This document shows, one piece after another, positions 17,733 to 24,874 of a stretch of DNA of 46,497 nucleotides. The position numbers and the translations under genes were made by a program. Under the pieces are notes generated by a model. The model was not told the origin of the DNA, did no database searches, and worked only from the letters and a program-made list of their open reading frames with translations. This stretch comes from a virus. Position 1 is the first letter of the stretch. The number at the start of each line of letters is the position of its first letter. Where the stretch lies: UHGV virus genome UHGV-1364979. One strand, given 5' to 3'.

Positions 17733-18718
17733 TAATCCCCCAGCTTCATGCCCGGCACTTTTCCAGCAGCAATGAGGTCGTAAATTTCCTCAGCGGCAGT
17801 CTGACACCATCCTGTTAACATAATTGCTTTCACCGCCTCATCGCGTTTTCGATCGGCTTCAGATTTTGCTGGCATTAAACTCTCCGGGACAAGGCATACT
17901 GCTCTTCCTCCACCATTCTCATCCCAATAGCAAACGGCAACATCGTTGCCATCTGATGTTTTTTTATGTGCCACCACTTCAATCTCACGTCCTTCGGCAG
18001 GCATTCCTTGAGTAGCATAATCAAAACGCGGATTGATAAAGAAAATAACCTTTTCGCCAACCGGCGGCAAGCCTTCTCCGCTCCAAACCGGCGCAGCATC
18101 CTGACCTATGCACTCACTCAGGTCGGCTTCATCATCTACTTTGTCCTGCGCTGCTTCCTGCGGCTTGTGCAGGCGGTAGGCGATGATGTCATTATCTTGT
18201 GCACCACCTCGCCAGAAAGCGAATGAGGCATCACGACAGCTTGGTGCTAAATCATCCGCAGGAAGCGAAAATAGCTCCTCACCGTCACGGTAACGCACAT
18301 CAACCAGAGTTCCTGTCGGCACCGGGCATTCGCCACCAGGCCAATCAATCCAGTCATAACCAGGGCCGTCATAGTTACCACATTTACTACAAAGATAACC
18401 AGATTGCGTTCTCCCCTCGCTTGGAATCCACTCATGATCGCAGCGCTTACTGGCAGCCAGCGCTGCTTCGTACTGTTCTCGGGTGATGATTGTTTCTTGG
18501 TAGTCATCAGCCAACAATAACCACAATCGAGCCTTGCCATCATGTCGCGCCACGCCATGTGATGGAATAGACCATGCGTCGAATGACCGCCTGAAGTTTA
18601 TTTCACCGTCAGTGAAAAAACATACCTCCCCATTCCCGTCCTGGGCGCATTGATGCCATTTTGCATCCCAGCCACCACGCTTAGGTAATTCTTCAACCAA
18701 AATATCAATCAGCTTCAT
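17732..18718 (-). CDS. 328-aa Cys-rich hypothetical protein (central gene of a leftward accessory island)
   Basis: Long ORF with CSKCGNYDGPGYDWIDWPGGECP and other Cys/Trp-rich segments. No family recognised. Confidence 0.6.
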   Translation of the reverse strand: MKLIDILVEELPKRGGWDAKWHQCAQDGNGEVCFFTDGEINFRRSFDAWSIPSHGVARHDGKARLWLLLADDYQETIITREQYEAALAASKRCDHEWIPSEGRTQSGYLCSKCGNYDGPGYDWIDWPGGECPVPTGTLVDVRYRDGEELFSLPADDLAPSCRDASFAFWRGGAQDNDIIAYRLHKPQEAAQDKVDDEADLSECIGQDAAPVWSGEGLPPVGEKVIFFINPRFDYATQGMPAEGREIEVVAHKKTSDGNDVAVCYWDENGGGRAVCLVPESLMPAKSEADRKRDEAVKAIMLTGWCQTAAEEIYDLIAAGKVPGMKLGD

Positions 18719-18846
18719 TTCTTCTCTCCGTTATAAATGCTTTTCAGTTCACCCATCACATTCAGCCATGCTGCATGCTCATCCATTCCGCGCATTACCA
18801 GCTTAACGTAGCGATTGCGGGCCTTAAACATCAGGCGCGGGCACAT
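18715..18846 (-). CDS. 43-aa peptide (MCPRLMFKARNRYVKLVMRGMDEHAAWLNVMGELKSIYNGEKK)
   Basis: TAATG-coupled upstream and ATGA-coupled downstream. Not in the ORF track. Confidence 0.35.
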   Translation of the reverse strand: MCPRLMFKARNRYVKLVMRGMDEHAAWLNVMGELKSIYNGEKK

Positions 18847-19136
18847 TACAAGTCACCCATGCTTGATACGCAAAGCGCAATTGTGATTGCCTTGATTTCT
18901 TTTGGTGTCTTGTTCGGCATTGAGTAGGCCATCTTCACCGTTGCACCAAGCACCTTGTTGGCATCTACGCCGTACTCAGGACTTTGTGCTACCGCCATTG
19001 CTATGCTCTGAGGCACGCCGGAATCACGAGCATCAGCCGCGGCGAATCCAACATCACCAACTTTGTTGCACACTTCACCAGCCGATGCGCCAAATGAAGT
19101 CATTGCGATAATTGCTACTGCGATAAATTTTTTCAT
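18846..19136 (-). CDS. 96-aa secreted protein (signal peptide MKKFIAVAIIAMTSFGASA)
   Basis: First gene of the island, directly downstream of the promoter 13-mer. Confidence 0.55.
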   Translation of the reverse strand: MKKFIAVAIIAMTSFGASAGEVCNKVGDVGFAAADARDSGVPQSIAMAVAQSPEYGVDANKVLGATVKMAYSMPNKTPKEIKAITIALCVSSMGDL

Positions 19137-19181
19137 CTTGAATCCCCTGTGTTTGTGTAACTACATCATCGCTTACGATTC

Positions 19182-19193
19182 AATCTACGTCAA
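19182..19193 (-). promoter_or_regulatory. promoter 13-mer TTGACGTAGATTG for the island 19136..17610
   Basis: Exact copy on the minus strand. A rightward extended -10 TGaTAAAAT at 19202-19210 lies 8 nt away and serves the endolysin gene. Confidence 0.6.
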
Positions 19194-19234
19194 TAGGATT
19201 ATGATAAAATAATCTGCATCACCGGAGGTAACAA

Positions 19235-19672
19235 ATGAAACTATCAACGCGCGGAAAGAATTTAATTAAATCTCATGAGGGTTTGGTGCTTGCAGTCTAC
19301 CCCGACCCGGCAACCGGAGGCGCTCCGTACACAGCTGGGTACGGTCATACCGGAAGCGACGTTAAGCCTGGAATGAAGGTCACGCAGGCAATGGCTGACG
19401 CATGGTTTGATAAAGACGTCGCGAAATTTGAAAGCGGCGTCTCATCACTCATCACATCCCCGACAACTCAGGGCCAGTTTGATGCAATGGTGTCGCTGGC
19501 CTACAACATTGGCCTTGGTAACTTTGGCAAATCAACGCTTCTGAAAAAGCATAACGCCCGCTGCTACACCTGCGCCGCCGACCAGTTCCGGGTATGGAAT
19601 CGCGCGAATGGCAAAGTCATGAATGGACTCACCAAGCGCCGCGCAGCCGAGCGTGAGGTCTACATGTCATGA
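19235..19672 (+). CDS. endolysin, GH24 lysozyme (T4 e / lambda R-like fold)
   Basis: EGLVLAVYPDPATGG..YTAGYGHTG is a GH24 signature. Confidence 0.9.
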   Translation: MKLSTRGKNLIKSHEGLVLAVYPDPATGGAPYTAGYGHTGSDVKPGMKVTQAMADAWFDKDVAKFESGVSSLITSPTTQGQFDAMVSLAYNIGLGNFGKSTLLKKHNARCYTCAADQFRVWNRANGKVMNGLTKRRAAEREVYMS

Positions 19673-19914
19673 AGCGCCTCAGTAACTGGCTTATCGGCAT
19701 CTGGGCGTCATTCTGCTCGCTGATTCAGCTCTGGCCTGACGCCATGGTTCACGTATGGGCTTTCATGCCTGAAGACCTCAAATCCGCCATTCCGCCCATT
19801 GCGGTCAAGGCTATCAGCTACAGTATCCTTCTTGCCTCGCTGTTTGGAAAAATGCACGGCATGAAGAAAGAGATTAAGGCGCTGAAAAATGATTCTGCAA
19901 ATCCTCAAGGCTAA
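19669..19914 (+). CDS. putative class II holin (two TMDs, charged C-terminus)
   Basis: TMDs NWLIGIWASFCSLIQLW and IPPIAVKAISYSILLASLF. Sits between endolysin and spanins. ATGA-coupled. Confidence 0.45.
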   Translation: MKRLSNWLIGIWASFCSLIQLWPDAMVHVWAFMPEDLKSAIPPIAVKAISYSILLASLFGKMHGMKKEIKALKNDSANPQG

Positions 19915-20383
19915 CTGGAAAGTTGTTGCGGCCATTATCGGCGTTATGCTTCTGGCGCTGATTATCTACGGGAAGTGGGTCAATTACGGGAAGGCGAAAT
20001 ATAACTCTGGATATCTGGCCGCCGTAGAGGCGCAGAAGGTCAAAGACAAAGAGGCAAGCGAACAACATGAGCAAGACAAAAAGACCATCGAGCAGGAAGC
20101 GCAGAGTCGCATTGATGCCGCGCGTGCTGATGCTTCCGCTGCTGCTGTTAAGTCTGGCAGGTTGCAGCAACAGCTCACCACAATCAGAAAGCAGCTCGTC
20201 GATTATTCCCGCGCTGAGTCCATTGGCAATCCAACCGCCAGTACCGGAGTTTTGCTCTCCCAACTGCTCAGCGAATCTGTCGAAAGAAATCGACAACTGG
20301 CAGAATATGCTGACTCAGCAAGAGAGGCGGGATTGATGTGCCAGGCACAATACAACTCCCTCCGTAATAAAAAAGCCCCGTAA
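19889..20383 (+). CDS. i-spanin (Rz-like)
   Basis: N-terminal TMD VVAAIIGVMLLALIIY followed by a coiled-coil periplasmic domain. Confidence 0.7.
   Translation: MILQILKANWKVVAAIIGVMLLALIIYGKWVNYGKAKYNSGYLAAVEAQKVKDKEASEQHEQDKKTIEQEAQSRIDAARADASAAAVKSGRLQQQLTTIRKQLVDYSRAESIGNPTASTGVLLSQLLSESVERNRQLAEYADSAREAGLMCQAQYNSLRNKKAP
20115..20336 (+). CDS. o-spanin (Rz1-like lipoprotein) embedded in the +1 frame of the i-spanin gene
   Basis: MPRVLMLPLLLLSLAGCSNSS has a lipobox LAGC. Pro-rich mature part. Confidence 0.7.
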   Translation: MPRVLMLPLLLLSLAGCSNSSPQSESSSSIIPALSPLAIQPPVPEFCSPNCSANLSKEIDNWQNMLTQQERRD

Positions 20384-20398
20384 ATGGGCTTTGTTTTA
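20372..20398. terminator. bidirectional terminator (end of lysis cassette and end of the leftward island)
   Basis: AAAGCCC cgtaaat GGGCTTT then GTTTT. Confidence 0.65.
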
Positions 20399-20560
20399 CA
20401 GGTCATTAAGCCTGTCGAAAATCTTGCTTCCTGCGCTCTCAAGGTCTTTATCTTCAAAGCCATCGGCCCACACCTGCTTGATACACTCCATTACCTGATT
20501 AAGCTCACCCTCAGTGAACTCAACAACATACTTTTTCTCTTCCATTTTTCTCTCACTCAT
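20396..20560 (-). CDS. hypothetical 54-aa acidic protein
   Basis: MSERKMEEKKYVVEFTEGELNQ... Last gene of the island. Confidence 0.4.
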   Translation of the reverse strand: MSERKMEEKKYVVEFTEGELNQVMECIKQVWADGFEDKDLESAGSKIFDRLNDL

Positions 20561-20693
20561 ACAGTGGTTTAATTTTATACCCAAACATGGCCGCGTTCTG
20601 ATGCTCAACACCACCAGCAAAAGCCAGATAGCGGCGGCCACGGTTGCTGGTGATGATGTAGGCCTTTGGTACTCTATTCTGCTTTACCGGCAT
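20553..20693 (-). CDS. hypothetical 46-aa basic protein
   Basis: TAATG-coupled to the membrane-protein gene. Not in the ORF track. Confidence 0.35.
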   Translation of the reverse strand: MPVKQNRVPKAYIITSNRGRRYLAFAGGVEHQNAAMFGYKIKPLYE

Positions 20694-21055
20694 TATTTAC
20701 CAGCCTCCTCTGTCACTTTTTCCTTGGCGGCAGCGCGAAACAGCGTCGCGGTCAGATAAAATCCACCAAGCCAGAAATAACCAAGCGCGAACATTACTGC
20801 TATTTCGCAAAATGTCGTCACAACCTGGTATTTATGATGAATCCATAGCGGCTTTTTGTAGCGAGCAACGGATTTATCAAGAAGGTCTTTGCTTGAAAGC
20901 AAACCAACTGATGCAATGATTGACGCAATCGACATGAACCAGAAAAAAGCCATTGCCATATTGTATGCATACACATTCTGCATAAACAGGCCGAAGTAAA
21001 TCAGCGGCCACGTCAGGAAGATATCCCATGCGATGTTTCTCAGGAGTCTTTTCAT
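20693..21055 (-). CDS. integral membrane protein (about 4 TMDs)
   Basis: Hydrophobic segments throughout its 120 aa. Confidence 0.55.
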   Translation of the reverse strand: MKRLLRNIAWDIFLTWPLIYFGLFMQNVYAYNMAMAFFWFMSIASIIASVGLLSSKDLLDKSVARYKKPLWIHHKYQVVTTFCEIAVMFALGYFWLGGFYLTATLFRAAAKEKVTEEAGK

Positions 21056-21264
21056 TTCGACAACCTCGCCCAGCCTTTACCCTTCACGTTATAAACAAGT
21101 CCCTTCTTTTTCAGCGCCTGCATTCTTCTGTCAAGGATTGTGATGTTTTTGACTGGTGAAATGTCCAACACCTCACGCCAAATCGACCCGATATCTACAG
21201 GACGGATTGAATCATCAAGACGGCGCAGAATTGCATCGTCAAGTTCATCATAAACACCCATCAC
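21052..21264 (-). CDS. small winged-helix-like DNA-binding protein (putative regulator)
   Basis: 70 aa. ILRRLDD...KKKGLVYNVKGKGWARL looks like a wHTH fold. Confidence 0.4.
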   Translation of the reverse strand: MMGVYDELDDAILRRLDDSIRPVDIGSIWREVLDISPVKNITILDRRMQALKKKGLVYNVKGKGWARLSK

Positions 21265-21653
21265 CTTACCTCCCCATTCAGTTCATTAACAATTAATGTT
21301 GCATAGCCAGCAATGTCTTTCCAGCTATCGTCGTATGTCGGGTCGCCATTCAGGATGCGACCGATTTTATGCTGAATCATGTCGAGCGCTTCCTTCTGGC
21401 TCGCCGTAAGGTTGTTCCAACCATCAACGTCGCGCATGGTGTCTTTCAGTGACTGCATGATTTCTGCGCTGTCTTTGAATTTGCCATAGCGATTGCCTCG
21501 CTCGGTGATGAGGGCTTCTGTTCCGTTACTAGCGCCAAGATTGGCCTCATGCCACTTGCCATCCATTATCAAATCTCCGCACTTGATGCGCACATGCTCG
21601 CCACTGGCGCTAACTTCACTTCCTTTATGGTAGTTGTGTTTTATCATCATCAC
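21261..21653 (-). CDS. hypothetical 130-aa protein
   Basis: ATGA-coupled ORF. Confidence 0.5.
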   Translation of the reverse strand: MMMIKHNYHKGSEVSASGEHVRIKCGDLIMDGKWHEANLGASNGTEALITERGNRYGKFKDSAEIMQSLKDTMRDVDGWNNLTASQKEALDMIQHKIGRILNGDPTYDDSWKDIAGYATLIVNELNGEVR

Positions 21654-21847
21654 TCATTCACCCCACTCTCTTCAATTATTTTAATTTCAATCTGAGCAAC
21701 GCGAGAATCCGGCCCATTGTCGTGCTCAATCAGATGCGCCCATGCATCGATGCGGTTGTTGAACACCCGGAAGCTGACGCCATGCTTTTCCTTGTCGGTC
21801 ATCGCACTCCCTCCGCTATTATCAAGAACGATGAACTTCATCATCAC
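21650..21847 (-). CDS. hypothetical 65-aa protein
   Basis: ATGA-coupled ORF. Confidence 0.45.
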   Translation of the reverse strand: MMMKFIVLDNSGGSAMTDKEKHGVSFRVFNNRIDAWAHLIEHDNGPDSRVAQIEIKIIEESGVNE

Positions 21848-22044
21848 CCAACCCTCAGTGTAACTTTGTTTTTCTCATCCACGCTGAAGTGCTCACGCAC
21901 AAACGCATACATTTCTTCAGCGCTCCATTCCCGCATTGCTACATAGCAGTGCGCGTAATATCTGACATCTCGCAGGCTTAACGGCTGGCGCTTAGCGATA
22001 ATCTCAGTCAGTACTTCCAGTGGTTCTTTGCGTTGTCTCGCCAT
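21844..22044 (-). CDS. hypothetical 66-aa protein (first gene of the island)
   Basis: SD AGGAGA 6 nt before the ATG at 22044. Confidence 0.5.
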   Translation of the reverse strand: MARQRKEPLEVLTEIIAKRQPLSLRDVRYYAHCYVAMREWSAEEMYAFVREHFSVDEKNKVTLRVG

Positions 22045-22067
22045 TGTCGCTCTCCTGTGAAATCATC

Positions 22068-22093
22068 TTGACTAATCTACGTCAATTAGTCAA
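22068..22093. promoter_or_regulatory. operator-like palindrome TTGACTAAT-CTACGTCA-ATTAGTCAA containing the promoter 13-mer
   Basis: 9-bp perfect inverted arms at 22068-22076 and 22085-22093 flank CTACGTCA. Lies between divergent transcription units. Confidence 0.5.
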
Positions 22094-22139
22094 TACTAGG
22101 TGTTGTAGATTGTATCATAGTTGCGAGGAGTGGTGTGGA

Positions 22140-22355
22140 ATGAAGAAGTGGCAGGAGGTGACAGAGGTTCATAAGCGCGATTGCCGGGAGACTCTGCAAA
22201 TGCTTAATGTGCCAGAGTCAATCATTAAATCTATCGAGCAGCGCATTGACCTGGCTGCTATGGAGGCCGCCCATGAAGCCGAGGAAGCGCAAATGTTGTC
22301 ATGGATGGACAGAACTCTACCGGGCGTTTTACATCGTGGTAAGACTGCCGATTGA
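22140..22355 (+). CDS. hypothetical protein
   Basis: SD GAGGAG 9 nt before the ATG at 22140. Confidence 0.45.
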   Translation: MKKWQEVTEVHKRDCRETLQMLNVPESIIKSIEQRIDLAAMEAAHEAEEAQMLSWMDRTLPGVLHRGKTAD

Positions 22356-22438
22356 AGATGATGAAGGGTATCTGCATAACCATAGTCAGGTACTCAAATA
22401 TTATGGCGTTCACTACAAAGTGCTGATGGAGAGAAAAA

Positions 22439-22630
22439 ATGACTACTGATCAGGTGTACGAAAAAGAATTGCTGAACAAGCTGGAAGAACTTGACCGCAC
22501 TCGCGCATGGGTTGAAGGCCAATTGCGCGAAGTTCGCAACCGCATGCAACGGCAAGTTAACCGCGAAATTATTGAGTGGCGCGAAGGGCGCCCGCATTTC
22601 AGCAATATTGGTGAGTGGGTGGCGAAATGA
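22439..22630 (+). CDS. hypothetical coiled-coil protein
   Basis: 63-aa ORF. Confidence 0.45.
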   Translation: MTTDQVYEKELLNKLEELDRTRAWVEGQLREVRNRMQRQVNREIIEWREGRPHFSNIGEWVAK

Positions 22631-23154
22631 GTAACCTGAGCAGGGAAGGAATTTTAAAGTTTCTCAGGTATGATGAAAAAACAGGAAACTTTCTATGGAT
22701 TGATAATTTCTCAAGGAAGTCAAAGCAAGGAATGGTGGCCGGAGGTGTTACATCGCATGGCTATTGGAGAATTCAACTTCCTGTTGGGAGGTTTTATGCT
22801 CACAGAATGGCGTGGATTGTTTGCAATGGCTATATACCAAAGGGATATGAGATTGACCACATAAATGGAAACAAGAAAGATAATCGCATCAGCAACCTGA
22901 GATTAGTCACAAGATGTCAAAATGTTATGAATGTGGGAGTGAAAAACAATAATACAAGCGGAGTTAAGGATGTTGTTTGGGACTCATCGAGAGAAAGGTG
23001 GAGGGTTCAAATCACCGCTAACGGCAAGAATTATTATGGAGGAAGGTTTTCATCAATAACACAAGAAAGGGAAGCGAGGGATAGACTCATAAAAATGGTT
23101 CACGGGAATTTTTTGAATACAAAAGGTGAGCAACATGATACCACTAATGAATAA
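22627..23154 (+). CDS. HNH endonuclease with AP2 domain (homing-endonuclease-like)
   Basis: YEIDHINGNKKDNRISNLRLVTRCQN is the HNH motif. SGVKDVVWDSSRERWRVQITANGKNYYGGRF is the AP2 domain. Confidence 0.85.
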   Translation: MSNLSREGILKFLRYDEKTGNFLWIDNFSRKSKQGMVAGGVTSHGYWRIQLPVGRFYAHRMAWIVCNGYIPKGYEIDHINGNKKDNRISNLRLVTRCQNVMNVGVKNNNTSGVKDVVWDSSRERWRVQITANGKNYYGGRFSSITQEREARDRLIKMVHGNFLNTKGEQHDTTNE

Positions 23155-23371
23155 TGAGAAATTGCTGGGATGCCCGTTTTGCGGTGGCGAAAATTCCATG
23201 CGAAACAAGGATGGGCAATGGCATTTTATAGTATGCCAGGATTGCGGATGCCGTACTGATGATTGGATGAATGCAGCGACAGCAATCATGAAATGGAACA
23301 CCCGCAACGGCCACCTCTATACCGCTGACGACTACAAACAAGATGCACTGGAGCGCGCAAATGGACTTTAA
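23135..23371 (+). CDS. Lar-family restriction alleviation protein-like zinc ribbon (putative anti-restriction)
   Basis: MIPLMNNEKLLGCPFCGG...CQDCGC...MKWNTRN matches the Lar-family pattern (CPFCG ... CxxC ... WN.R) from memory. Start at 23135 with SD AAGGTG. Confidence 0.5.
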   Translation: MIPLMNNEKLLGCPFCGGENSMRNKDGQWHFIVCQDCGCRTDDWMNAATAIMKWNTRNGHLYTADDYKQDALERANGL

Positions 23372-23831
23372 AACGCAAATACTCACGGTGATAGAGCGCT
23401 GCGGCGGCGCAACCAATGCCATGATACGCAAGCAGACCGGAATCACTGACCGAGCACGGATAAATCTCTATCTTCTCGAAATGGAGAGTATGGGGTTTAT
23501 TATTAAAGAGGAAAGCGTCAGCTATGGCAGGCGCTGCTTTAAGTATTTCCTCAATCCCGATAATACTGCGCTTGATCTGGCAATTCAGACGTATCTTGAG
23601 GCGAATCCGGGACGCAAGAGCAAGCAGATAGCGGAGGCTGTCGGCGTCAACTACACCATCCTCAAGGCACGCATGCGCTACCTGGCAAGCATTGGTCAGG
23701 TTGGCCGTGAAATGCTTCCCGGCGGTGCATGGAAATATTACTGGCAGGAAGTCATCCCGTTTGGAATGAGTCGTGACAGGATGATGTTTGAAAAGCTGCT
23801 TGCCGGGGCGCGCCAGTCATGTGGGCGGTAA
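23361..23831 (+). CDS. tandem winged-helix DNA-binding protein (putative transcription regulator)
   Basis: Two wHTH-like halves (ILTVIERCGGATNAMIRKQTGITD... and KSKQIAEAVGVNYTILKARMRYLASIG). Confidence 0.45.
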   Translation: MDFKTQILTVIERCGGATNAMIRKQTGITDRARINLYLLEMESMGFIIKEESVSYGRRCFKYFLNPDNTALDLAIQTYLEANPGRKSKQIAEAVGVNYTILKARMRYLASIGQVGREMLPGGAWKYYWQEVIPFGMSRDRMMFEKLLAGARQSCGR

Positions 23832-24094
23832 AGCATAAATCAGGAACCGTGCTGTTTGTCACCAACTGTGAGCGCACGGCCAATAATCGCAGAGAGATGG
23901 GGTGGATAGTGGAACAAAGAAAATGCAGAGTAACAATTGAGTGGCTCAACGGAAAGAAAAGCACTTTCTTCGCCGATGGGTGCGTAGAGCTGGATAACAG
24001 CATCATGCTGTCAGTTAATGGCACTGATTTGCATATTCCACGGCAAAACATGGTTGATGGCGAGATTAAGTATTTTGATGAGGAGGAGAAATGA
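23819..24094 (+). CDS. hypothetical protein
   Basis: 91-aa ORF. Confidence 0.45.
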   Translation: MWAVKHKSGTVLFVTNCERTANNRREMGWIVEQRKCRVTIEWLNGKKSTFFADGCVELDNSIMLSVNGTDLHIPRQNMVDGEIKYFDEEEK

Positions 24095-24351
24095 CGAGTA
24101 GAGAGCAGTTTGAATCATGGCTCGAAGATGTCCACGGATTATACGGAGAAGATGTCGAATGGCAGCCAGAGCGCAATTGCTACGCTAAATTTGGCATTCA
24201 CCTTGCCTGGGGCGCATGGCAAGCATCACGCGCGGCGATTGAGATTGAACTGCCAGAACAGCAAGACCCGGCGGATTTTTTCTATGCTGTTTATTCAGTT
24301 GATGGGGTTGTATCTGCATTAAATAAACATGGATTAAAGGTGAAAGTATGA
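24091..24351 (+). CDS. hypothetical protein
   Basis: 86-aa ORF with ATGA overlap. Confidence 0.45.
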   Translation: MTSREQFESWLEDVHGLYGEDVEWQPERNCYAKFGIHLAWGAWQASRAAIEIELPEQQDPADFFYAVYSVDGVVSALNKHGLKVKV

Positions 24352-24692
24352 AACTACAACTTAACGAAATCATGGAAGCAACAATCAGCGAACTGGATGA
24401 CATTGATATGACGCTTGCCTTTGAAATCGAGGCTATCGAGCGCCAGCTCGCTGGGAATCATGATGCAGGCAGAGTATGGAGAGAGAAGGCCATGAAGGCG
24501 AAGGGACATATGCAGCGCACCCGCGCACTGGTTCGCACTCGACTTGATAAGCTCTACTACGGCGAAGAAAGAATGTTGCACGGCGCCATTCTGGCTGAAA
24601 TACGCAAAACGATGTCTGTCGGGAAATTCATGGATGCCGTAAACCGCGCAAAAATTAACTGCGGAATGTTAAATAAGAATAGTCTTCAATAA
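24348..24692 (+). CDS. hypothetical protein
   Basis: 114-aa ORF with ATGA overlap. Confidence 0.45.
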   Translation: MKLQLNEIMEATISELDDIDMTLAFEIEAIERQLAGNHDAGRVWREKAMKAKGHMQRTRALVRTRLDKLYYGEERMLHGAILAEIRKTMSVGKFMDAVNRAKINCGMLNKNSLQ

Positions 24693-24874
24693 ATTCTCTT
24701 CCGTGGCTGTTACCTTGCACTCAGGAGGTAGCAGCCATGCCAATCATACTGATATCATTCTTTGCTACTCTTTTCGCTTTTACTGCATCTCCGCTTTACC
24801 TTCTCGCGTCCGTTTCGTGGTGCATATTCATGGTGTGTTATAATCCGGGAATAAAGCAAGCGCGGAGAAAGGTC

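Noticed and set aside
22207-22449. Second small ORF (MKPRKRK..., ATG at 22273) overlapping gene 22140..22355 in another frame
   Set aside because: It has a good SD (GGAGG), but it overlaps about 80 nt of an equally plausible gene. Which one is expressed (or whether both are) cannot be decided from sequence. It was not listed as a feature.
24737-24874. Hydrophobic N-terminal extension of the protease/scaffold ORF (MPIILISFFATLFAF...)
   Set aside because: There is no SD. The extension crosses the upstream intergenic region. A strong SD (GGAGAAAGG) precedes the internal ATG at 24875. It was treated as 5' UTR.
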